Shown piece after piece: positions 55,608 through 64,000 of a DNA stretch of 64,000 nucleotides; positions within the stretch are counted from its first letter, which is position 1, and each line of letters starts with the position of its first letter. The position numbers were made by a program, and so were the translations under genes. The stretch comes from Candidatus Thorarchaeota archaeon (GTDB lineage Archaea > Asgardarchaeota > Thorarchaeia > Thorarchaeales > Thorarchaeaceae). A model generated the notes under the pieces. It made no database searches and was not told the origin of the DNA. It worked only from the letters and a program-made list of their open reading frames with translations. The stretch spans positions 96,001 through 160,000 of the forward strand of contig JAFGAR010000151.1 in NCBI GenBank assembly GCA_016933575.1, in the 5' to 3' direction.

Positions 55608-56696
55608 TTATTGTAGATTGTTCATATCCTTCAGATCCTTGATGAGTTGCGCTGCAATCACATTCGGTATTGCAAACTTCCTTACCTTTTCTATTGGATT
55701 TAAACATCTTTTTAGATCCGCAAGATTTTCAATTGTGTACATAATTTTCTCTGCAAGATCTTTTGAGTCTGCAAACTTGCATCCAATATAATCCATTCCT
55801 TCTTCAAATAACTCATCCATTGCGATTGATTTTCCAGATATGAAAATCTTGTTCATTCCCGCATAATCATACACTTTGTTTGGTATCACGTTTCGAGCTT
55901 TTATTGACTCCCCAAAGATCCCAAGGCAGATGTCTGCTCGTTTCATTAGACTCACTAGTTCATTGTATGGGGAATAGGGATACAGGATTATCGACTCTCC
56001 TAAATCATAGGTTTCGATCATCTCTTTGCACTTTTTCTCCTCTTGCCCAGAACCAATCAGAATGAATTTGAAGGAGTACTTGTTCTCTCTTAAAATATCC
56101 AATGCTTCGATTATGTAAGGAATGCCTTGTAATGGAATATAAGTTCCATAGAAATATATCACAACTCCATCAAACTCAAGTGGATTCTCAATGATGCTTT
56201 CTTGTGCTTCTAAGTCAACTCCAACAAAGACTCGAATTATTTTTTCACTCTTCAAACCAAAGCGATGTATAAAATATTCACCATGAATATTTGTATCAAT
56301 CATTACTACATCCGAAATTGCACAAGTAATTTTATCAAGTAGCCATTCATGAATTGCTCTAATTGATAATTCTGGTATGTTTTTCCTGTCTTCAACCCGT
56401 GTATTGTAATTAGAGATGTGTGCATCAAAAACTAGTGGTCTTCTTGACACCACACTTACTATTTTTGCGAAGAAAGTCATTCTCCAACCAGGATATGGTA
56501 CTATAATAAAATCGCTTCTGAAGGCGTCCCGAAAAATTCTTGGAAACCACAAAGTAAAACGGATAATTTGAAGAGCAAGCTGGCATTTAATATTCCATTC
56601 AAATATCGTATATCCAATTTGACGGAGTCCTCTCAATAGGTTTCTGGTGCGAGGATAATCTGGATAATAAGCCCCAAACCAAAGCACACTTTTCAT
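55608..56696 (-). CDS. Glycosyltransferase family 4
   Basis: YPR...L..GL, FYGTYIPLQG, DICLGIFG...KA..VIPNKVYD. Confidence 0.88.
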   Translation of the reverse strand: MKSVLWFGAYYPDYPRTRNLLRGLRQIGYTIFEWNIKCQLALQIIRFTLWFPRIFRDAFRSDFIIVPYPGWRMTFFAKIVSVVSRRPLVFDAHISNYNTRVEDRKNIPELSIRAIHEWLLDKITCAISDVVMIDTNIHGEYFIHRFGLKSEKIIRVFVGVDLEAQESIIENPLEFDGVVIYFYGTYIPLQGIPYIIEALDILRENKYSFKFILIGSGQEEKKCKEMIETYDLGESIILYPYSPYNELVSLMKRADICLGIFGESIKARNVIPNKVYDYAGMNKIFISGKSIAMDELFEEGMDYIGCKFADSKDLAEKIMYTIENLADLKRCLNPIEKVRKFAIPNVIAAQLIKDLKDMNNLQ

Positions 56697-56806
56697 GACT
56701 TGTGCAAAAATCATGTGATTGTTATAACTGTAACTAAGAAATCTGTAACTAAATGTCCTATATGGAATGAAATGGACTCCGACTACATCTCTCTGGATGA
56801 ATGTCG

Positions 56807-58498
56807 CTATTCCAGAGTTTCTTCTCTCAATTCTAAGTTGGGTTTATTTCGCATTAAAATTCTCTCTATAAGGCGAAGAAGCGGTCGCGATACCCACCAT
56901 AAGGGGGGAACCTGTTTTAGGAATTTCTTCAGATTCTCTAGGTCTTGAAAATTCATCAATCCCAAAACTAAACAGAATCCCAAGAAAACATACCAAAGTG
57001 GAATTACGAATAATAGTTTGGCAAGAGATTTTATTGTCAGATAATTCAGAAAAGGAAGGAATGAAAGTCCATTCACTACAAATTCTGCTACGAAGTAAAC
57101 GCCGATCATGAGAGCTCCGAATAATATACACATCAACAGAGCTCTAGCTAAGTATGAACTTCTAACGTTAATTTTCAATGTTTTCCGACAGTACAAATGA
57201 TAAGTAATGAAAACCGGGAATATAGATACCCACCAGAGCGAAATTCCGAGAACACCCAACATTGGTTGCATAATAATTGTCCAGACACTCTGCAGTATCA
57301 TTGAGAAAACGCCAATACCAAGTAGCACTTTCATCTTATCAGAGGCTAGAACAAGTTGACTATATAGATTTGTTATGGGTACAATTAGGAGTATTGGCGA
57401 CATTACAATGAAGTACTGTGCTGCTGAAAACCCACCTGTGACATCTAGTGCTCTTACTCCATAAATCGCTCCTAGTAAGTTAGGACCAAAAATGAAAGCA
57501 GATAGAAACATGAATATCAATGTTGGAATGATGATTCGATATGCATCATCAAATCTATTTCGGAGACGTTGCAGCTCTCCTCGTGCTCGCATCCCCGCCA
57601 TGTTAGGAAGAAGTATTGCAAATGGGGCATTGAGGAATGTCTTCAGAGTTTCAATACTCCTTTGTGCAATTGCATATCGTGCAAGTTCGGTATCTGAACC
57701 AACAAAATCCACAATAAGAGGTGCGATGATATTACCAAAAGTTGCGAGCAATGCGAGTGCAAAAATAACAGAACTCACTTTGAATAGTGGACCTGAAATC
57801 TCTCGCCACCCCTCCACTGATATTGAAATACCCTCACTTCGCATCTCTCGTCGAAGAATTATTGCCGCTACGATGAATCCAACAACTGCAGTTCCTAAAT
57901 ACATGTACAAGATTTCTCTTATCCCAATTAAATTAGTCAAAAAAAGGAGAACCAGTATGACTCCTCTTGAACCATTGTAAAGCAAGTTGATGTAGAGGAT
58001 CCGATTCATCCTCTGTAAACCAATGAATACCGAACCAGCTATAGAGTAATACGCTGTCGGTAGCATTGCGAATAATACCAAAATCCAGAGAACTCGCAAT
58101 TCGTTTGTTACTTCTGGAGTTTCACCTACTAGAAATCCGATTTGTTCCGCAAGAAAAACAGAAACGAACGAAACTGCAAGAAATGCAATTGTTACTGCTA
58201 TCAGTGACACTCCAATCACTGAACCCATTTTCTCTCGTTTGTGAGCTGCCTCTGATACAGATTTGATAATCCCTGTTGTTAAACCTAACATGATAATGAT
58301 TGATAGAAGACTACTCCAGTACATCAGAACTTTAATGTGCGCATAATCAGAAATTGTCCAACTAATATCTATGGATCGCACGAGCAACGATGAAGATAAC
58401 AGACCTACTACCACAGCTACTACTTGAGAAACCGAGTTGACAAATACATTCTTCTGCATACTATCGCTTTTCACGATGGAATCCGAGTCATCTATCAT
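56807..58498 (-). CDS. MOP-superfamily (Wzx-like) oligosaccharide flippase
   Basis: KNVFVNS..Q N-terminus, about 14 TM, ELARYAIA motif; located within the glycan locus. Confidence 0.85.
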   Translation of the reverse strand: MIDDSDSIVKSDSMQKNVFVNSVSQVVAVVVGLLSSSLLVRSIDISWTISDYAHIKVLMYWSSLLSIIIMLGLTTGIIKSVSEAAHKREKMGSVIGVSLIAVTIAFLAVSFVSVFLAEQIGFLVGETPEVTNELRVLWILVLFAMLPTAYYSIAGSVFIGLQRMNRILYINLLYNGSRGVILVLLFLTNLIGIREILYMYLGTAVVGFIVAAIILRREMRSEGISISVEGWREISGPLFKVSSVIFALALLATFGNIIAPLIVDFVGSDTELARYAIAQRSIETLKTFLNAPFAILLPNMAGMRARGELQRLRNRFDDAYRIIIPTLIFMFLSAFIFGPNLLGAIYGVRALDVTGGFSAAQYFIVMSPILLIVPITNLYSQLVLASDKMKVLLGIGVFSMILQSVWTIIMQPMLGVLGISLWWVSIFPVFITYHLYCRKTLKINVRSSYLARALLMCILFGALMIGVYFVAEFVVNGLSFLPFLNYLTIKSLAKLLFVIPLWYVFLGFCLVLGLMNFQDLENLKKFLKQVPPLWWVSRPLLRLIERILMRNKPNLELREETLE

Positions 58499-58815
58499 TG
58501 CACTGTCACACCCATTGTAGCTGACATAAACCCTTCCTCAGTTCACTATACGTACTATGTCAAAATCCATAAGTTGCTTGAGGTTAGTGGAGAATTGTCT
58601 GGACCGTTATCTTACGTTTTTTAACTATATCCCCAGACTAATTAAAAATATCATCATGATAAGCGCTTAAGGTTCAAACTAAACAAAGTTCCTTGGAAAC
58701 TCGATTCTTGGTTATTCTATTCTCAGAGATTTTTGGGGCTATGAAATTAAATGTTGAGAAATTTCATCACCAACTATAATAAGAATAGACAAGCAAATAA
58801 AAATGGAGTATAAAG

Positions 58816-60066
58816 ATGAAGATTGTATTTGTTCAACCGCTAACAGGTTTCAAAGGGCACACTTGGGAGGCATTAAACATTGGTTATCTCTCATCGTATC
58901 TAGAGAAATATTATAGTAGCGATTTGGACATTGAATTCTATTCTGGTTTTTATGATTCTGATGAAACCATCTTACATGCGTGTGAAGATGCAGATATTAT
59001 CGGTATGAGTTGTACGTCCCCCCAGTTTAGACATGGAGTAGAACTTGCAAATCAAATAAAAAATAAAGATAATCTAATCGTCTTTGGTGGAGTACATGCC
59101 TCTGCTCTTCCCGATCTAGTGGCCCAAGAACCCTCTATTGATGTTGTTGTAGTTGGCGAGGGTGAAAAGGCAATGCTTCAAATTGTTAATGATTTTAATG
59201 AAGGGAAAAAGACACCTAGTAAATTACTCCATTTCGATTTTGTTGAAGATTTAGACACAATCCCATTCCCTGATAGAACCGTAATTAAAAACGAAAGACA
59301 TATTCAACAAGCATACAAAGATAATGGAGTTAGAATCACATCAGTTCTTACCAGCAGAGGATGTCCATTTCGATGTGCTTTTTGTTGCAGTGAAACAATC
59401 TGGCATAGAAAAACAAGAATTCGGTCAGTCGGGAATGTTTTGCAAGAGATTGAAGAACTGGTCAAAGATTGGAATATTCAATTTCTCAAATTTTCAGACG
59501 ATACGTTCACACTCAATAAGAAATGGATAGCAGAGTTCTCGCGTCGCAAAATTGAGATTGGGCTCAATTTACCATATGGAAGCAATGCTCATGTAAATAC
59601 TATTGATGAGAATATGTTGAAACATCTTGCTGATAGTAATTGTACAGAACTATGGTACGGTGTTGAAAGCGGTTCATCCAAAATATTGAAGGATATGCGT
59701 AAGAGTATTAATGTCGAGCGAATAAAGAAGGTCTTCAAACTGACTAAAGATTACGGTATTAAAACTCGCGCCTATTTCCTATTGGGAATGCCAAATGAAA
59801 CAATTGAAGACATTAGGTTGACAGAGAAGTTATGCGACGAGATTGAACCCGACGTTGTCGGATTCTCTTTACTTGCTCCATTTCCAGATAATGAATTCTA
59901 TGATTATGAAACCATGAAAGATTGGGACTGGTCAATGTTTGACGAGTACAGTAACGATTGGGTTCAAACGAAAACCTTGACAAATCAACAATTGAAAGAT
60001 GAGCAAAAGCGACTGGTGGAAAAATACCAGAGAAAAATCACGTTTAGACAGAAGCAGGAGAAATAA
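58816..60066 (+). CDS. Cobalamin-binding radical SAM protein (class B methyltransferase-like)
   Basis: B12-binding N-terminus (GGVHAS, GEGE), SRGCPFRCAFC, DDTFT, GVESGS, F.LG.P.ET. Confidence 0.92.
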   Translation: MKIVFVQPLTGFKGHTWEALNIGYLSSYLEKYYSSDLDIEFYSGFYDSDETILHACEDADIIGMSCTSPQFRHGVELANQIKNKDNLIVFGGVHASALPDLVAQEPSIDVVVVGEGEKAMLQIVNDFNEGKKTPSKLLHFDFVEDLDTIPFPDRTVIKNERHIQQAYKDNGVRITSVLTSRGCPFRCAFCCSETIWHRKTRIRSVGNVLQEIEELVKDWNIQFLKFSDDTFTLNKKWIAEFSRRKIEIGLNLPYGSNAHVNTIDENMLKHLADSNCTELWYGVESGSSKILKDMRKSINVERIKKVFKLTKDYGIKTRAYFLLGMPNETIEDIRLTEKLCDEIEPDVVGFSLLAPFPDNEFYDYETMKDWDWSMFDEYSNDWVQTKTLTNQQLKDEQKRLVEKYQRKITFRQKQEK

Positions 60067-60072
60067 CAAAAG

Positions 60073-61215
60073 ATGAAAATTCCTCTGTTCAAGATCTATT
60101 GGGATAACGAGGATATTGAAGCAGTCAGTAAAGTCATTAAAAAAGGAGCATATTGGACAACAGGTCCAATTGTTAATGAATTTGAAAGTAAGATCTCCGA
60201 ATATATCGGTTCCAAATACTGCGTCACTTTCAACTCAGGAACGTCAGCGTTGCATTCCATTCTCTTAGCTTATGGCGTTACGGTGGGGGACGAAGTCATT
60301 GTTCCTTCCTTTACGTTTATCGCAACAGCAAACGCACCACTCTTTACAGGGGCAAAGCCGATATTTGCCGATATCGAGGAGAAAACTCTCGGATTAGATC
60401 CTTTAGATGTTAAAGAAAAAATCACAAAGAAAACAAAGGCTATTATTCCTGTCCACTATGGAGGTTCACCTTGTCGTATTAATGAATTGAAAGAGATTGC
60501 TGAGGATCATAATCTGATATTGATAGAAGATGCTGCGGAATCTTTTGGTGCGATGATCGATGACAGAAAAATCGGAACCTTTGGAGACTCTACCATGTTT
60601 AGTTTCTGTCAGAATAAAATAATCACCACTGGGGACGGTGGGTGCATTACAACTAATTCAAAAGATGTCTATGAGAAATTGAAATTAATTAGATCTCATG
60701 GTAGACAAGAGACATCGAATTATTTTTCCTCAACCGAGTTTATGGATTATGTTACATTAGGATACAATTTTAGAATATCTGATATCACTGCTGCCTTAGG
60801 TGTATCTCAAATCAATAAAATTGATAAAATCATTGAACTGCGACGGAAAAACGCAAATTATCTAAATGATAGACTTTCATCAATCGATGAGATAGATCTT
60901 CTAAATCCACCAGAGGAATACTTCCACGTATATCAAATGTACACAATTAGAGTCGCAGGAGGGGCACGAACAAGGGATGAGCTGATGAGATATTTATCTG
61001 AGAAAGGTATTGGCACAAAAGTGTACTTTTATCCTGTTCATTTAACGCACTTCTATAAAACCAAATTTGGCTACAATCGCGGCGAAGTACCTCGCACTGA
61101 AGAAATATCTGATTGTGTATTGTCTTTGCCAATGTTTCCAACAATGGTCAAGGAAGAGATGGATTATATTGCCGAGACTTTGAACAACTTTTTTGAAAAG
61201 CATCCCTACGAATGA
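60073..61215 (+). CDS. DegT/DnrJ/EryC1/StrS sugar aminotransferase
   Basis: NSGTSALH, VPSFTFIAT, EDAAESFG, SF.QNKIITTGDGG, GYNFR, LSLPMFP. Confidence 0.95.
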   Translation: MKIPLFKIYWDNEDIEAVSKVIKKGAYWTTGPIVNEFESKISEYIGSKYCVTFNSGTSALHSILLAYGVTVGDEVIVPSFTFIATANAPLFTGAKPIFADIEEKTLGLDPLDVKEKITKKTKAIIPVHYGGSPCRINELKEIAEDHNLILIEDAAESFGAMIDDRKIGTFGDSTMFSFCQNKIITTGDGGCITTNSKDVYEKLKLIRSHGRQETSNYFSSTEFMDYVTLGYNFRISDITAALGVSQINKIDKIIELRRKNANYLNDRLSSIDEIDLLNPPEEYFHVYQMYTIRVAGGARTRDELMRYLSEKGIGTKVYFYPVHLTHFYKTKFGYNRGEVPRTEEISDCVLSLPMFPTMVKEEMDYIAETLNNFFEKHPYE

Positions 61216-61304
61216 TAAGTTCATCATCAGCTTCTCAAAGACGAAGGTACTTGCACTTCACAAAAAAAGCAGTATTAGTAATTTCTTCTTTATTCCAAGT
61301 TATC

Positions 61305-62747
61305 TTAACACGAGTCATTTGCTGCTGGATTGTATTCAGGTATTATTTTTTTAAGCATAGTAATTATCGAGGTTCTATCAGAGCATTCAGCATATTTTGC
61401 TAGGGCTTGAATATCACTTTCCATATCAGTCCAATTACTCCGTCGTTTATTGGTGATTTTCAATATATACTCACTACTTGTTGATTCTATTACCTCTCCA
61501 CTACCTATCAATTCTTCACTCAACTTTTCACCATTTTTGAGACCAGTAATGACAAATTGAATTTGATGATCAGGATCATAACCATATATTCGACACATCT
61601 CTTGGGCAATATCTAAAATCTTCACTTGATCTCCCATTTTCAGAACATAAATTGCGCCATTCTGGGATAATGCACCAGCTTGTATGACTAAGTGCGCTGC
61701 TTCTGAAACACTCATGAAGAATCGTTCGACTTCTGGATGTGTGATGGTAATTGGACCGCCGTTTTCAATTTGCTTGCGGAATAGTCGTACTACACTCCCT
61801 TCACTATCGAAGACATTTCCAAAACGAACAGCGCTTAATTTCGTATATTTACTACGTCGAGCATATTCTTCCATCAAAAGTTCGACGAATCGTTTGGATG
61901 CTCCCATTACGCAAGTAGGATTGACTGCCTTATCAGTTGAAATTGTGATAAGTCGTTTTGTTTTGTGTTCTAGTGCAATTCTAAACAGACAATCTGATGC
62001 TAGTATATTATTCTTCACTGACTCTTCAGGGTACATCTCCATGAAATTGACATGCTTGAATGCCGCCGCATGAAAAACGACATCCGGGGAATATTCAGAG
62101 AATAGATCATCAATTCTTTTTTCATCCTGTAAATCTGCTATCACCGGTACAACCAAATTCCTTAGTTCATCCATTTCAAGATTCCAGAGGAGTTCAGCCA
62201 TTCCATTTTCAGATCGATCAATAAGAACAAGTGTGCGGGGTTTAAGATGTGCAACCTGATCAACAATCTCTGAACCAATAGATCCTGCAGCTCCAGTCAC
62301 GAAGACTACAGCTCCCTGCAAATATGATACAACTTCATTTCTATTGGTCTTAATAGGATCGCGTTTTACAAGGTCCTCAAAACGTACTTCCCTAATTGAT
62401 GATGTTACTCTACTTTCTCCAGTTAAAATATCGTATACTCCAGGAAGAATTCTACATTCTACTCCCGCTGTTTCACACATGTTCCGAATTCGCTTTACTA
62501 CAGCTCCATGAGCGGATGGCATGGCAATTACGACATCATCAAACCCTAGCTCACTTGCCAATCGTTCAATATCAAAAGTAGTTCCAATAACTTTAACGTT
62601 CTCGATCTTATATCCTTGGAGTGCTGCGGAATCATCAACAAATCCAACGATTTCCACTTTTTCTGAGTGGCGGCTCTTTAACTCCTGAAGAGCGTATTTT
62701 CCTCCATCCCCAGCACCAGCAATCAGAACTCGTGTTTTTTTAGGCAT
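61305..62747 (-). CDS. CapD/PglF-like UDP-sugar 4,6-dehydratase (no N-terminal TM part)
   Basis: IAGAG..G, VTGAAGSIGSE, FHAAAFKHV, ISTDKAVNP..VMGASKR, VRFGNV..S.GSV, GEKL.EEL. Confidence 0.93.
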   Translation of the reverse strand: MPKKTRVLIAGAGDGGKYALQELKSRHSEKVEIVGFVDDSAALQGYKIENVKVIGTTFDIERLASELGFDDVVIAMPSAHGAVVKRIRNMCETAGVECRILPGVYDILTGESRVTSSIREVRFEDLVKRDPIKTNRNEVVSYLQGAVVFVTGAAGSIGSEIVDQVAHLKPRTLVLIDRSENGMAELLWNLEMDELRNLVVPVIADLQDEKRIDDLFSEYSPDVVFHAAAFKHVNFMEMYPEESVKNNILASDCLFRIALEHKTKRLITISTDKAVNPTCVMGASKRFVELLMEEYARRSKYTKLSAVRFGNVFDSEGSVVRLFRKQIENGGPITITHPEVERFFMSVSEAAHLVIQAGALSQNGAIYVLKMGDQVKILDIAQEMCRIYGYDPDHQIQFVITGLKNGEKLSEELIGSGEVIESTSSEYILKITNKRRSNWTDMESDIQALAKYAECSDRTSIITMLKKIIPEYNPAANDSC

Positions 62748-62869
62748 GTGTAATCAACTCAGGCACACTCGTGTTCGTTCTTATATACCTTTAAACTGAG
62801 CGTATTCCTCAACCATGTTTGTGAACTAAATTCTATGCCTAAAAAACCAGTGTCAATGACTCGTTTTTA

Positions 62870-64000
62870 TCATTGATACTGTTCCTTAAGTCTCTCAAAA
62901 ATAGCGATATATTTATCCAAGAATAATTTACGATTATGTTTCCTTAATGCAATTTCCCTTGATTTTGTTCCCATTTTCTTTCTCAAATCATCATCAGTTA
63001 GAAGAAGTATTATTTTTTCTGCATAACTTTTAGGATTATCAGGTTCTTCCACAAAGAATCCACTGACCCCGTCCTGAACAAAAGCCCTGGTTTCACCTAC
63101 ATCATTTGCTACAATTGGTATTCCTACTGACATCGCCTGCATTCCAGAAATTGAGACTCCATCATTCGTTGGACACTGGATGTATACATCTGAAACAGCA
63201 TATGCTTTCGCCATTTCTTCCTCGTATATGTAGCCTGTAAAGATGACGTTATCAGATATACCTAGATCTTTGCAGAGTTTGATTAACTGCTGTCTCTGAG
63301 ATCCATCATTCCCGACGATGAGAATTGCATCTGGAATTTCCTTCAATACCAGCGCAAATGCACGGATGATAATTTCTGGTCTGTAGAATAATTCAAGTGG
63401 CCTGAATTGAATTATCACCGGTTGATTACCTATCCCATGTTTTTGGCGAAAATCCTCTGCATCAATCTCTCGGACAAAGAAATCCGTATCAACTCCCCAT
63501 GATGAAATAAATAGGTGATCATCATCAATAGGATGGATTTCTCTTATTATATTGGCTGAAATCTCGCTTTCTGTATGAACCACATCTGCCCATTCGATTG
63601 CCCTCTTAACCAACGGGCGTAGGTATGGATACTTTTGAGGGCCTCTGATTAGATCAGATCCCCATGATGCGATTACTGCAGGTTTGAATTTTGCAGCGTG
63701 CGCGAGAAGAACTCCTTCTGTTAGATAATGTCCATGAACGACATCTATCTGATTGTCACTCAGAAATTTTCTAATGATAGGTCCATAAAACTCGAGTTGG
63801 CTGTGTAGCGAGGTCTTGTTCATCATTCCTCGTATCAAAGTTCTAAATCGCCCTTTTCGAATCATTGAAGTAATAAGTTTGGTTCGCTTGGGTTTATTGA
63901 GAAGGAATTGCTCACAATTGTACTCTGGAGTTCTGACGATTGATTTGCCTTCCCAATCTTTGACATAGATAACATAGGGTTCAACACCTCTCTCAATTAA
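62870..64000 (-). CDS. Glycosyltransferase family 4 (5' end beyond window)
   Basis: Frame stays open from 63865 to the window end (LIERGVEPYVIY...); WGSDL, GVDT..F, DG.S.....AM..G.P.VA.DVG. Confidence 0.9.
   Translation of the reverse strand, partial: LIERGVEPYVIYVKDWEGKSIVRTPEYNCEQFLLNKPKRTKLITSMIRKGRFRTLIRGMMNKTSLHSQLEFYGPIIRKFLSDNQIDVVHGHYLTEGVLLAHAAKFKPAVIASWGSDLIRGPQKYPYLRPLVKRAIEWADVVHTESEISANIIREIHPIDDDHLFISSWGVDTDFFVREIDAEDFRQKHGIGNQPVIIQFRPLELFYRPEIIIRAFALVLKEIPDAILIVGNDGSQRQQLIKLCKDLGISDNVIFTGYIYEEEMAKAYAVSDVYIQCPTNDGVSISGMQAMSVGIPIVANDVGETRAFVQDGVSGFFVEEPDNPKSYAEKIILLLTDDDLRKKMGTKSREIALRKHNRKLFLDKYIAIFERLKEQYQ

Noticed and set aside
58424-58624. 66-aa ORF upstream of the radical SAM gene
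   Set aside because: It overlaps the flippase start on the opposite strand and has no motif or SD.
1-64000. tRNA, rRNA, CRISPR array, IS element, reverse transcriptase or DGR
   Set aside because: By eye I saw no T-loop/cloverleaf signature, no repeat-spacer periodicity and no transposase or RT motifs; tRNAscan-SE and Infernal would be needed to exclude small RNAs fully.

Overview
Gene-dense archaeal chromosomal segment. The gene content (mer, Nre with a PIP box, an ASH-Ski2-type helicase, a GAN/RecJ-type DHH protein, several TPR proteins, full-length RPB5-like subunits, many GTG/TTG starts) suggests an Asgard archaeon, probably Thorarchaeia-like; this is inference, not a database result. Bases 1-48.9k hold housekeeping, repair and unknown genes. 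Bases 48.9k-64k are a more AT-rich surface-glycan biosynthesis locus (rml genes, GT4s, flippase, B12-radical SAM, DegT, CapD/PglF). I found no rRNA, tRNA, CRISPR array or transposase. The strongest finding is two tandem, ungapped, about 63%-identical copies of a eukaryote-type two-domain RPB5/Rpo5. Each copy has its own duplicated TATA promoter, and both lie outside the rpoH-B-A operon, which hints at alternative RNA polymerase compositions. Other highlights are a coiled-coil protein with a Vps28-CTD-like C-terminus, a PRMT-like methyltransferase with a complete core, an orphan HerA-coiled-coil-wHTH ATPase, a surface-protein gene split by one in-frame TAA, a probable CTG-start RHH regulator, an unannotated 40-aa desulforedoxin and several structured-RNA candidates. 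All family assignments come from motif recognition by eye.
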